A stretch of 63,628 nucleotides of DNA, the filler included, from Nanobdellota archaeon (GTDB lineage: Archaea > Nanobdellota > Nanobdellia > B33-G15), in NCBI GenBank assembly GCA_003660925.1. It is 8 parts of 8 records of this genome, joined end to end, with 100 filler letters (N's around TTAATTAATTAA, not from the genome) between each part and the next. Parts side by side here need not be neighbours in the genome. Positions count along the whole stretch, not along the records: positions 49,713 to 57,541 come from QMVD01000033.1; positions 57,642 to 63,628 come from QMVD01000042.1; 6 more parts are not named here. One strand, 5' to 3'. This document shows, in pieces, positions 51,842 to 61,543 of this stretch. The notes beneath the pieces are model-generated. The model saw nothing but the letters and a program-made list of their open reading frames with translations. It was not told where the DNA came from and did no database searches. The position numbers were made by a program, and so were the translations under genes. The first letter of the stretch is position 1. Every line of letters begins with the position of its first letter.

Positions 51842-53118
51842 ATCAAGTAACCCCCTATCTCGCTCTTCTCGCTCTTCTCGCCCGCGAAGTTCCTCAGCAT
51901 CATCTCCTTTGGGTCCCAATCTTTGTGGGCTAGGACCCAACCTAACTTCACGTAAGCCACTTCAGAGAGCATATCCTCTAGGTGAACTGCCCCTGCCTTG
52001 GAGAGAAGTCTCAAGTTCCTGTAAACCAAGGGATTCGTCCTCCCATAGATGGTTTGAGAGGTCACCCCCACGAATATCCCCTCCTTCGCCAATTTTCTCA
52101 CCTTCGGGATCCAAGAATCCTTCCTCCTCAAGGTCTGGGTGGGGACGTGTCCGAACCCCGTCCCCTCTATGATGATCCCCTTAAACCCCTTTTCCGCGTA
52201 GTAATCCAAGATCCCTGGGTCAGAACCAGGATAGACCTTAACCAATGCGACTTTCTCCTCGAACCTCGCGTCCACCTTCGGCTTCTCGTCCTTGAACTTC
52301 TCGTATTCGCTCAAGGGTTCCATCCTCCCGTCCTTGTAGATCCTGAGCAAAGGAGGAGTATTTATGGGCCTGAAGGCGTCCCTCCTCTCTGTATGCATCT
52401 TCCTCACTCTCGTCCCTCTCAAAGCGAAAAATTTGTCATCCCCTAACCCCTCGTGAAACACTACCACAACCTCCCCCAAATCAGAGTATCCAGCTACCCT
52501 CGCAGCGGCTAATAGGTTGGAAAAGGCGTCGGAGCTCCCCCTATCAGAGCTCCTCTGGGCCCCTGTCAGGACTACGGGCTTACTTGTCTGTACCATAAAG
52601 GACAAGGCAGCGGATGTGAAGTGCATGGTATCCGTCCCATGAGTCACTATCGCTCCCCTGACCTTCTTCAACTGTCTCCCCACCTCCCTTGCTATCTTAA
52701 CCCACTCCCTTGGGGTCATGTCCTCTGACGCGAGGTTGAAGAGGAGCCTCATCTCTTTAATGGAGACCATCTCTTGGAGCTCTGGGACTGCGAACAGGAT
52801 TTCCTCAGGGGAGAAGGCCATCTTGACCCCACCAGTTAGGTAGTCCAACCTCGATGCGATTGTCCCCCCTGTTGCCACCAAGCCTATTTCTGGAAGGCCT
52901 TCCCTCACCTTTATCCTCCTCCTTGGAAACTTCTCCAACTCCACCTTTTTCTTCAACCTCTTCATCTCGATTATCTCCCTCTTCCTTATCCCGATGTTAT
53001 AACCATCCTTGAGCTTGATGGATACGAAATCTTTCGAATAAAACTCGCTCCTTGGGAGGAGGATGCCCTCGAAGACGCCCTTTTTGGTCCTCACCCTCAC
53101 CCAATCCCCAGGCTCCAT
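51838..53118 (-). CDS. gatD: Glu-tRNA(Gln) amidotransferase subunit D
   Basis: TGGTIASRLDY, HGTDT and QRSSDRGSSD. Confidence 0.96.
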   Translation of the reverse strand: MEPGDWVRVRTKKGVFEGILLPRSEFYSKDFVSIKLKDGYNIGIRKREIIEMKRLKKKVELEKFPRRRIKVREGLPEIGLVATGGTIASRLDYLTGGVKMAFSPEEILFAVPELQEMVSIKEMRLLFNLASEDMTPREWVKIAREVGRQLKKVRGAIVTHGTDTMHFTSAALSFMVQTSKPVVLTGAQRSSDRGSSDAFSNLLAAARVAGYSDLGEVVVVFHEGLGDDKFFALRGTRVRKMHTERRDAFRPINTPPLLRIYKDGRMEPLSEYEKFKDEKPKVDARFEEKVALVKVYPGSDPGILDYYAEKGFKGIIIEGTGFGHVPTQTLRRKDSWIPKVRKLAKEGIFVGVTSQTIYGRTNPLVYRNLRLLSKAGAVHLEDMLSEVAYVKLGWVLAHKDWDPKEMMLRNFAGEKSEKSEIGGYLI

Positions 53119-53154
53119 CTCTTGAAAATTGAATGGAGAGGGTAATAAATGTTT

Positions 53155-54672
53155 TCATTCCCATTCCATGGTGGCTGGTGGTTTGTTGGAGATGTCGTAA
53201 AGGACCCTATTCACCTGACTTATCTCGTTTGTTATCCTCGTGGATATCCTCTCTAACACTTCATAAGGGACTCTAAAGAAGTTCGCGGTCATGGCATCTC
53301 TTGACTCCACTATGCGGACCACGATGGGATGCTTGTAACTCCTCTCATCTCCTTGGACTCCGACGCTCTTGATAGGTAATAAGACTGCAAAGGCCATCCA
53401 AACCCCATCATACAACCCTGCCTTCTTCAACTCTTCCTCCACTATGTAACTCGCTTTTCGGACGATCTCCACCTTCTCGGGCGTCACCTCTCCGACTACC
53501 CTTATTGCCAATCCAGGACCAGGGAAGACGTGCCTCTTGATTATCTCATCCGGCAGTCCTAGCTCCTTCGCTAATCTCCTCACTTCATCTTTGTACAAAT
53601 CTTTCAAGGGCTCGCACAACTCTAAGTTCAACTCTCTTGGGAGACCCGCGACGTTGTGATGGGACTTTATCCTGGAAGAGTATTTAGTAATGCCACTCTC
53701 TATCCTATCAGAGTAAATGGTCCCCTGCACTAACACCTCAGCTCCTTCCTCTCTTGCCATCTCTTCGAAGATCTCAACGAACAACTTTCCTATCGCCCTT
53801 CTCTTCTCCTCGGGATCCGTGACCCCCTTCAAGGCATTGAAGAATCTTTCCTTCGCGTCCACGATCCTCAACTTGAGGTCGAATTTGGAGAAGACCTTCT
53901 CCACGAATTCCCTATCCTCCTCCCTCATCAAGCCCGTGTCCACGTAAACCGCCACGAGGTCCTTGCCGATCGCCTTGCTAACGAGTATGGCGGCGGTAGA
54001 AGAGTCCACGCCACCTGAAAGGGCGATGATGGCTCTCTTTCCCTTCAACCTCTCCCTCAAATCGGAGATGGTCCTCTTAGCGAAATCCCTCATGCTCCAC
54101 GCCCTCCTCGCCTTACATATGGAGAGGAAGTTCTCCAAGATTTTCATGCCATTCGGGGTATGAGAGACTTCGGGGTGAAATTGGACGCCATACACGTTTT
54201 TCCCCTCGAAGGCAGCTATGGGTGAATGGTCCGTAGACCCAATGACTTCGAATCCCTCAGGCAATTCTCTTACCACATCCCTGTGATTCATCCACACCCT
54301 CTCCTTCCCCTTAAGGCCTTCGAACAATTTGCTCTTCTTGGTGACCTTGAATTCCGTAACGCCGTACTCTCCTGACTCCCCCCGAACGACTTTACCCCCC
54401 CTCAGGTGCGCTATCAGCTGGTGTCCGTAGCAGATCCCGAGTACGGGTATCCCTAACCCGAATATCCTCTCGTCGCACTTCGGAGAATCTTTTTCATAAA
54501 CGGAGGCGGCTCCCCCTGATAGGATCAAGCCCTTCAGGTCAGGAATCCTTCTCAACTCCTCAATTGGGGTATCGCAAGGTAAGACCTCACAATAGGTCCC
54601 CAGCTCCCTGATCCTCCTGGAAATGAGATGAGAATACTGTCCTCCGAAGTCTAAAACCACGATCCTATCCAT
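53155..54672 (-). CDS. guaA: GMP synthase, single-chain (glutaminase + ATPPase)
   Basis: GICYGHQ, QFHPEV, SGGVDS, IKSHHNV and KPPATMEWE. Confidence 0.96.
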   Translation of the reverse strand: MDRIVVLDFGGQYSHLISRRIRELGTYCEVLPCDTPIEELRRIPDLKGLILSGGAASVYEKDSPKCDERIFGLGIPVLGICYGHQLIAHLRGGKVVRGESGEYGVTEFKVTKKSKLFEGLKGKERVWMNHRDVVRELPEGFEVIGSTDHSPIAAFEGKNVYGVQFHPEVSHTPNGMKILENFLSICKARRAWSMRDFAKRTISDLRERLKGKRAIIALSGGVDSSTAAILVSKAIGKDLVAVYVDTGLMREEDREFVEKVFSKFDLKLRIVDAKERFFNALKGVTDPEEKRRAIGKLFVEIFEEMAREEGAEVLVQGTIYSDRIESGITKYSSRIKSHHNVAGLPRELNLELCEPLKDLYKDEVRRLAKELGLPDEIIKRHVFPGPGLAIRVVGEVTPEKVEIVRKASYIVEEELKKAGLYDGVWMAFAVLLPIKSVGVQGDERSYKHPIVVRIVESRDAMTANFFRVPYEVLERISTRITNEISQVNRVLYDISNKPPATMEWE

Positions 54673-54711
54673 TTTATACAAAGTGATTCTGATTTTATAT
54701 TTTTTGGATCC

Positions 54712-55548
54712 CTAACTCTTCACTTCCTTCTGGGCTTGGACGAGCCTGCAGAACGCGCATACCTTCGTGCTCGTTGGTTCGCCACATTTCTCGCACTCCC
54801 TCAGGGTTTGTGTCTCCTCTGGTAAGAGCTCCGCCAATTTAGCTATCCCGATCATCATCCTCCTCCTGAAATCCGGTTGCTTGCTCGCCATGTATTCCAC
54901 AATCTCGTACCACTTGCCCCTCTCCAGATGTGCATAGGGGCACGCGTCTTCAAGGTAGGGAAGGCCGATGGAGTCGCAGAATTCCTTGTTCTCCCTTCCT
55001 CCAACCCAAAACAGGGGCCTTATCCTGGCGATGCTCTTTCCCTTCCCAGGTAAAAGGGGTGTGAACTTGGCTATCCAGGAAAAATTCCCTCCGAGGATAT
55101 CTTTGAAGAAGAACACGATGAAATCGTCCGCGTGGTGGCCCGTGGCCACTTTAGTGGCACCCATCTCCCTAGGTATCTTATTCATTAAGTACCTCTTTAT
55201 CACCCCACAAGAGCTGCATATGGGCCTCGGGAGCTGAGCGATCTTAGCCATGTCCACCCCATAATCAGCCACGTTACAAGTGACCAAAGGGATGTTAAGT
55301 TTTTTTGCTTGTTCTTTCACAACCTCCTCGACTTCTTTCGAGGAGGGCAACCCGAGATTCATGTGAAAAGCTGTTAGCTCACAATCGATGCCCTTTTCCC
55401 TCACGTACTTAACGAGCACGTATCCAGCCGCCCCACTGTCCTTTCCCCCACTAAGGGCTATGAAAACTTTGTCCCCTTCCCTCAACAACTTAAACTTCTC
55501 TATGACCCTGAAGACCTTCCCCTCATATCTCTCAACGAAACTTTTCAT
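54712..55548 (-). CDS. TtuA/Ncs6/TtcA-family tRNA thiolase (PP-loop), lacking the N-terminal Zn finger
   Basis: SGGKDS, CSSCGVIKR, ATGHHADD, CPY and C-terminal CEKC..CAFC. Confidence 0.85.
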   Translation of the reverse strand: MKSFVERYEGKVFRVIEKFKLLREGDKVFIALSGGKDSGAAGYVLVKYVREKGIDCELTAFHMNLGLPSSKEVEEVVKEQAKKLNIPLVTCNVADYGVDMAKIAQLPRPICSSCGVIKRYLMNKIPREMGATKVATGHHADDFIVFFFKDILGGNFSWIAKFTPLLPGKGKSIARIRPLFWVGGRENKEFCDSIGLPYLEDACPYAHLERGKWYEIVEYMASKQPDFRRRMMIGIAKLAELLPEETQTLRECEKCGEPTSTKVCAFCRLVQAQKEVKS

Positions 55549-55624
55549 CCCTCTACATGACAAAGATCCGACTTTTTAACTTTATCTGCACGAAAAATTT
55601 AAACTCCGGGCGTTCCTTTCCTCC

Positions 55625-56098
55625 ATGGATTACTACAACCATATTTCTAAGGGTTACGAGGAACTCTACAGGGAAGAGCAGGAGGAGAAGTGGGAGGTCC
55701 TGAAGGACTACGTGGACGTGAGGGGAAAGAAGGTGTTAGAGGTCGGTTGCGGGACCGGGATAATAACGGAGAAGCTACAGGAGGCAAAGGAACTAACAGC
55801 AGTGGATAAGAGCAGGAAGATGATAGAGGTCGCGAGGGAGAAGGGGATAAACGCGAAGTTCTTGGTGGCCGACGCGACGAAGTTGCCCTTTAAAGATGAC
55901 GAGTTCGACCTAGTGATCTCTGTCACCATGCTTCAAGATTTAGAGGACCCCTTAAAAGCGATTGAGGAGATGAGGAGGGTCGGAAGAAAGGTGATCTTCA
56001 CGTGCCTGGCTAAGGGAGAGAGGGTGAAGTTGATAAGGGAGAAGTACGGGAAGGGAATTCCGTGTGGTAAGGACGAACTCTGGATAATATTTAAATAA
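55625..56098 (+). CDS. Class I SAM-dependent methyltransferase
   Basis: VLEVGCGTG and LPFKDDEFDLV. Confidence 0.9.
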   Translation: MDYYNHISKGYEELYREEQEEKWEVLKDYVDVRGKKVLEVGCGTGIITEKLQEAKELTAVDKSRKMIEVAREKGINAKFLVADATKLPFKDDEFDLVISVTMLQDLEDPLKAIEEMRRVGRKVIFTCLAKGERVKLIREKYGKGIPCGKDELWIIFK

Positions 56099-56118
56099 AG
56101 GACACTCCTCAGAAGAGC

Positions 56119-57057
56119 ATGAGGAAGGTCGTGGACATCAAACCAACCAAGGACGTGGACGAGTTAGTTAGAAGGATGGAGGAATCTGGGGGTTTCGTCG
56201 CGAAGAAAGTTGGGGTTGGAGTTGATATCTTAGAAAAGATGGTGAAGGATGAGGAGAGCCTGAACTTTTTCTCCTTCCCCGCTTGTATCATTGCGACTGG
56301 GACCAGAGGGATAATAAGGGAATTGGTGAGAAGGAAGTTGTTCGATGTGGTGATAACCACTTGCGGGATGCTGGACCACGACTTGGCGAGGATTTGGAGG
56401 GACTACTATCACGGTTCTTTCCTGATGGATGACGAGGAGTTAAGGAAGAGGGGAATAAATAGGTTGGGAAATGTCTTGGTCCCAGATGAAAGTTATGGTA
56501 TAGTCTTGGAGGACAAACTACAACCCATCTTGAAGGAGATCTGGGAAGGGGGGAAGAAAGAGCTCGCTACTCATGAATTGGTGTGGGAAATAGGGAGGAG
56601 ACTAAAGAAGGAGGAGAAGAAGGAAGAAAGTATAATTTACTGGGCTTACAAGAACGAGATCCCCGTAGTCATCCCCGGGCCCATGGACGGGGCGGTGGGG
56701 AGCCAGATATGGCTCTTCTCCCAGGATCACGATTTCAAGGTGGACGTGATCAAGGACGAGAAGTTCTTGTCATCCTTGGTCTTCGACGCGAAGAGGTCTG
56801 GAGCATTGATGATAGGGGGTGGGATAAGCAAGCACCACGTGATCTGGTGGAACCAGTTCAAGGGAGGATTGGATTACGCGGTTTACATAACGACCGCTCC
56901 AGAATGGGACGGCTCCTTAAGCGGGGCGAGGTTGAGGGAGGCAGTCTCATGGGGGAAGGTAAAGGGGAAGGCCAAGTACATCACCATTGAGGGGGACGCC
57001 ACGGTGTTGCTCCCCTTGATGATATCCTCGCTTCTCTCCAGATTAGGAGCGCTTTGA
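56119..57057 (+). CDS. dys: Deoxyhypusine synthase
   Basis: GINRLGN, GGGISKHH, DGSLSGA..EAVSWGK and DAT. Confidence 0.95.
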   Translation: MRKVVDIKPTKDVDELVRRMEESGGFVAKKVGVGVDILEKMVKDEESLNFFSFPACIIATGTRGIIRELVRRKLFDVVITTCGMLDHDLARIWRDYYHGSFLMDDEELRKRGINRLGNVLVPDESYGIVLEDKLQPILKEIWEGGKKELATHELVWEIGRRLKKEEKKEESIIYWAYKNEIPVVIPGPMDGAVGSQIWLFSQDHDFKVDVIKDEKFLSSLVFDAKRSGALMIGGGISKHHVIWWNQFKGGLDYAVYITTAPEWDGSLSGARLREAVSWGKVKGKAKYITIEGDATVLLPLMISSLLSRLGAL

Positions 57058-57080
57058 TCAATAATCTCGTGGTCATCTAA

Positions 57081-57541
57081 CTACTCCTGGGCCTTGATGT
57101 ATTCTTCTAAGGTGAGGATCTTCCTGCCTAAATATCTCTCGATGGAAAGTTTTTCTTTCCTATTTACTCTGCTAGGATAGGTTACTCCGATGACTAGCTC
57201 CGCTTCAGGCACTAACTTGCCCAAATATGCCGCTGTGGACAGCACGCACCCACCGTAGAACTTCTCAGAAAAGGATGGAGGATTCGTGAAGATGAAGAGC
57301 AAGAGGTACTCACCATGAAGCACTATCCTCTCCCTCCCCTGGATAGCTCTTTTCAGCTTCTCCACCTCCCTATCATCGCGTGGGGTAGCACACCCCTCCT
57401 GAGTCAAGATCACGCCTTCGGGGGCCTCCTTAGGGGGGCTCTCGTGCAGGAGAGCCTCTAAGCCTTTCTCAGGATCTGGCGAGCACCAGGGGAGGTTAAA
57501 AAGGTGGAAAAAAGGGAAGGTATGTCCTTCCAGCAAGACCA
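57081..57541 (-). CDS. Hypothetical protein, 5'-truncated
   Basis: Frame open to the contig end; no recognised motif. Confidence 0.5.
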
Positions 57542-57644
57542 NNNNNNNNNNNNNNNNNNNNNNNNNNNNNNNNNNNNNNNNNNNNTTAATTAATTAANNN
57601 NNNNNNNNNNNNNNNNNNNNNNNNNNNNNNNNNNNNNNNNNTCC

Positions 57645-58061
57645 TCACCATCTTTTGCCTCTGCCCCTTCCTCTTCCCCATCCTCTACCAAAACCAGGCG
57701 GGGTTGGCGTCCTTGTCTCCCTCAGTTCACCATTTAAGTATTTTTGAACAGCTTCTCTTACCGTGACTCCTCCAACGCCGGTCACTATCTTCAGCCCAGC
57801 GCCCGACAGCACGTCAAAGGCGTGGGGACCAACATTACCGGCAATCACGACCTCTGCGCCTTTGTTAGCTATCATCTGTGCAGCCTGAATTCCAGCACCA
57901 CGCATTGCAACGGTAGATGGGTTCTTTACCGCCTCATAACCCTTTATCTCATTTCCCTCTACTTCCACGATTACAAAGTACGCACACCTACCAAATCTCG
58001 CATCAACCATAGCATCCATATTCCCGGCAGTAGCGGACACTGCAATTTTCACTCCACTCAC
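57645..58061 (-). CDS. NifX/NifB-C (MTH1175-like) family protein with a Gly/Arg tail
   Basis: RFGRCAYF, GAGIQAA, GNVGPHA and GRGWGRGRGRG. Confidence 0.88.
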   Translation of the reverse strand: MSGVKIAVSATAGNMDAMVDARFGRCAYFVIVEVEGNEIKGYEAVKNPSTVAMRGAGIQAAQMIANKGAEVVIAGNVGPHAFDVLSGAGLKIVTGVGGVTVREAVQKYLNGELRETRTPTPPGFGRGWGRGRGRGKRW

Positions 58062-58162
58062 CCTATTTAAGTTCGCCCTCCCGACTTATATATTTTTCAA
58101 TCTCCCAGCCAGACTCCATCTAAAACTTTTTAAACCTTTACCACGAGGGGAAAAACAGGTGA

Positions 58163-60088
58163 TTTGAATTCAAGGTCCTGGTTACCGCTGCATTACCATA
58201 CGTGAATAACGTGCCTCACATAGGCCACATTGTAGGCTGTCACCTTCCGGCCGACATCTTCGCGAGATTCCAGAGGCTATTCGGAAATGAGTGCATCTTC
58301 ATAGGAGGAACGGATGAACACGGTACCCCTTCAGAGGTCCAGGCGCAGAAGTTAGGGATAACCCCGAAAGAGTTGTGTGACAAGCTCTATCAAGTTCACA
58401 AAAAGGTCTATGATTGGTTCAACCTGAGTTATGACAACTTCACGAGAACGAGCAAACCATTGCACCACGAGATCACTCGAAAGTTCTTCTTGAAGATTTA
58501 CGAGAACGGTTACGTCGAGGAAAGGGAAGTGGAACTGCCCTTCTGTCCCAAGTGCGAGAGGGTGTTGCCCGACAGGTACGTGACAGGGACTTGCCCCTAT
58601 TGTGGATATGAGGGAGCTAGAGGGGACCAATGCGAGCATTGCACCAAATTGTTATCACCAAATGAATTAGTGGATCCGAAATGTGTTATATGCAGTTCTT
58701 CTCCTGTTTTCAAGAAGTTCAAGCACCTCTTCCTCAGGCTGGATAAATTAGAGGGAAAGATAAGGGAGTGGATAGAATCTCAGGAACACTGGAGTTTGCC
58801 GGTGAAGAATGCTGCCTTGGGCTGGTTAAAGGAGGGGTTGAAGCCGAGGAGCATAACGAGGGATTTAAAATGGGGAGTTAAGGTCCCTTTGAAGGGATGG
58901 GAGGATAAGGTGTTCTATGTGTGGTTCGACGCCCCGATAGGTTACATAACCGGGGCGAAGGAGTTAGGGAAAGAGGGTTTTTGGAAGGGAGAGGCGAGGA
59001 TATATCACTTCATAGGGAAGGACAACATCCCCTTCCACACCGTCTGGTGGGGGGGGATGCTCATAGCGAATGGTGAGTACTCCTTACCCTATCAAGTGGT
59101 GGGGCTTCAGTACTTGAATTATGAAGGGAGGAAGATATCGAAGTCCAAGAAGTGGGGGGTGTTCTGCGAGAAGTTGCCGAAGACGGACATCCCTCCCGAT
59201 GTCTGGAGGTTTTACTTGGCGCATTTGATACCAGAAACCAGGGACAGCGAATGGAAGTGGGAGGAGTTCAAGGAGAAGGTGAACAAGGAGTTGGTCGGGA
59301 ACGTGGGGAACTTCATAAATAGGGTGGTGAGCTTCACCCACTCTAACTTTGGAGGTAGGTTGGAAAAGACGGAATTGGACGAAGGGGTCATCGAAAGATG
59401 TGATGAATTGGTGGACAGGATAAGGGAAGAAATTGAGAAGGTGCACATAAGGAAAGCGTTGAAACTATGCTTGGAGATCTCAGACTTAGGCAATAAGTAC
59501 TTTCAGGAAAAGAAGCCGTGGGAAACCAAGGATAAGAAAGTGATCTATACGTGCGCGAACATCGTGAAAAAGCTAGCCATATGCCTCTGGCCCTTCTTGC
59601 CAGAGAGTATGGAGAAAGTGGCTAATGCCTTTGGCTTCGAGCTCAAGTGGGAGGAAGTCAAGAGGGAGTTAGGAGGAAAAAGCATTAAAAAACTCCCTCC
59701 CTTATTCCCACAGCTCAAAGACATAGAGAGGTTGAAGGAAGTGGTGACCAAACCGACACCGCTGGAGGATTACTTTCAAATAAGCATAGATGAGTTCAGG
59801 AAGGCGGATTTAAGGGTGGGTGAAGTCTTAAAGGCAGAACACATCCCTGACACTAGGTTGTTGAAATTAGAAGTGGACCTTGGAGAATTGGGTAAGAGAC
59901 AAATCATCGCTGGGATAGGCGACAAGTACAAAGCAGAGGAAATGATTGGGAAAAAGATTATTGTAGTAGTCAACTTAAAGCCAAAAGTCATAAGGGGTTT
60001 CAAGAGCGAGGGGATGTTGTTGGCCACCGAAGAAAAGGTATTGCTGACACCGGAGGGTGAGGTGAGGAATGGCTCGAAGGTACTCTAA
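58163..60088 (+). CDS. metG: Methionyl-tRNA synthetase with C-terminal tRNA-binding domain; start codon unresolved
   Basis: VTAALPYVNNVPHIGH, Zn knuckles, YVWFDAPIGY, KISKS and SEGMLLA. Confidence 0.95.
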   Translation, partial: FEFKVLVTAALPYVNNVPHIGHIVGCHLPADIFARFQRLFGNECIFIGGTDEHGTPSEVQAQKLGITPKELCDKLYQVHKKVYDWFNLSYDNFTRTSKPLHHEITRKFFLKIYENGYVEEREVELPFCPKCERVLPDRYVTGTCPYCGYEGARGDQCEHCTKLLSPNELVDPKCVICSSSPVFKKFKHLFLRLDKLEGKIREWIESQEHWSLPVKNAALGWLKEGLKPRSITRDLKWGVKVPLKGWEDKVFYVWFDAPIGYITGAKELGKEGFWKGEARIYHFIGKDNIPFHTVWWGGMLIANGEYSLPYQVVGLQYLNYEGRKISKSKKWGVFCEKLPKTDIPPDVWRFYLAHLIPETRDSEWKWEEFKEKVNKELVGNVGNFINRVVSFTHSNFGGRLEKTELDEGVIERCDELVDRIREEIEKVHIRKALKLCLEISDLGNKYFQEKKPWETKDKKVIYTCANIVKKLAICLWPFLPESMEKVANAFGFELKWEEVKRELGGKSIKKLPPLFPQLKDIERLKEVVTKPTPLEDYFQISIDEFRKADLRVGEVLKAEHIPDTRLLKLEVDLGELGKRQIIAGIGDKYKAEEMIGKKIIVVVNLKPKVIRGFKSEGMLLATEEKVLLTPEGEVRNGSKVL

Positions 60089-60434
60089 GATCATAGAGGA
60101 ATACAACAGGAAGAGGGAACTCGTGTTCAGCGTCTTGAAGGAGAGGTTGCTGAGCATTGAGGGGAGGAAGATAAAACCATACAACTTCGGCGTGGCGAGG
60201 GATGGTGGGTTCTGCGTCTCCATGAGGGGGGACGGGGCTAGCGAGGAGGATTTGAGGAAGTTGCAGGAGATAAGCAAGAAGGAAAAGTTTCCCATCTATC
60301 TGGCGACCGAAGGCAGGTGTTACATAGTCAAGCCCGAAGAGATAAAGACTTATGAGGGGGAGAAGGCAGGGAGATTCAGGGAGCTCATAAGCGAGGAAAT
60401 ATCCAGGTTTCACTGGAAGCTTATTTCCCCCTGA
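60069..60434 (+). CDS. Hypothetical protein
   Basis: GAGGTGA RBS; overlaps the end of metG. Confidence 0.65.
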   Translation: MARRYSKIIEEYNRKRELVFSVLKERLLSIEGRKIKPYNFGVARDGGFCVSMRGDGASEEDLRKLQEISKKEKFPIYLATEGRCYIVKPEEIKTYEGEKAGRFRELISEEISRFHWKLISP

Positions 60435-60866
60435 TTATTTCTTTCCCAAGAAGTCTGGGAGGAACATCAAAGCTATGGATAGGATTGTGAAGACCGCGAA
60501 GATGGTGTAGGTGACCTCTGCCCAATAATTCCCCCAGGTGAGCAAGAGGCCCAACTCGTCTATTAAGATGCCTAATCCCAAGCCATAGAGGACGCAGGAT
60601 AACCTCACTAAGAGCAATCCCCTGTAAGTTATTGAAATGGCCCCAGCGAGGAGGATAAGCACCAGCCCGTAATAGAAGTGGTGGATGTGATAGCCGAAGA
60701 CGATCAGGTGGGTCTCGGGAAAGAGGATGACGAAGATCCTGGAGACGAGGAAGCCTATCAGGGCGGAGAACCACACCAAGAAAGTGGCCCACCTCCTTCT
60801 CAGGGACAGCTCCCTTAGGATCTCCTTTCTCACCTCCTCCAAATCTATGGGCCTTGGCTCCATCAT
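60435..60866 (-). CDS. Membrane protein with an HIHHFYYG motif
   Basis: Four hydrophobic helices, a His cluster and GLGILIDE. Confidence 0.75.
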   Translation of the reverse strand: MMEPRPIDLEEVRKEILRELSLRRRWATFLVWFSALIGFLVSRIFVILFPETHLIVFGYHIHHFYYGLVLILLAGAISITYRGLLLVRLSCVLYGLGLGILIDELGLLLTWGNYWAEVTYTIFAVFTILSIALMFLPDFLGKK

Positions 60867-60939
60867 TCTTCAAAACTTACTTCTCAGCTTATAAAGTTGC
60901 GTCCCAAGGTTTAATAAAAGGCATTCCCTATCAAGGGAC

Positions 60940-61512
60940 ATGAAGGAGACCTTGAAAAATCTCGTGAAGGCATTCATAGGGGAGAGTCAGGCAAGGAACC
61001 GCTACGCTTTTTACGCAAAGATAGCTAAAAAGGAGGGGTACGAGCAAATCGCTGAGATCTTCGAAGTGACGGCGGAGAATGAGAGGGAACATGCTAGTAC
61101 CTTGTTCAAGTTCATCCAAGAGTTGAAGGGAGAATTAAATGAAGTAGAAGTGGAAGCGAAGACTCCTTTGGTTCTCGGTGACACTGCAGAGAACCTAAAG
61201 GCCGCTATCGCTGGAGAGAACTATGAGCACACTAAGATGTATCCTGAGTTCGCGAATATCGCTGAAAAGGAAGGTTTTCCGAAAATCGCTGCAAGGTTGA
61301 GAGCGATAGCCAAAGCGGAGGAACATCATGAGGAGAGGTTCAGGAAATTATTGAAGGAGGTGGAAGGAGGGACTATTTTCAAGAAGGAGAAAGAGGTCTG
61401 GTGGGTATGTAGGGAGTGCGGTTACGTGCATTACGGGAGAGAACCTCCAAAGAGGTGTCCATCCTGTAACCACTCGAGGAGCTACTTCCAGCTCAAGTGC
61501 GAGGAGTATTAG
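60940..61512 (+). CDS. rbr: Rubrerythrin
   Basis: [12 protein letters not shown], two ExxH motifs and C-terminal CRECG...CPSC. Confidence 0.95.
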   Translation: MKETLKNLVKAFIGESQARNRYAFYAKIAKKEGYEQIAEIFEVTAENEREHASTLFKFIQELKGELNEVEVEAKTPLVLGDTAENLKAAIAGENYEHTKMYPEFANIAEKEGFPKIAARLRAIAKAEEHHEERFRKLLKEVEGGTIFKKEKEVWWVCRECGYVHYGREPPKRCPSCNHSRSYFQLKCEEY

Positions 61513-61543
61513 CAATTCACAGCTCTTTAAGATAAGGTATTGG

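Noticed and set aside
51842..51940. N-terminal extension of GatE in the ORF track
   Set aside because: It overlaps gatD; the conserved start MKVGLEIHQQL at 51841 gives a normal ATGA coupling.
57645..58061. NifX-like gene as evidence of nitrogen fixation
   Set aside because: This family is widespread in non-diazotrophic archaea and no nif genes are present.
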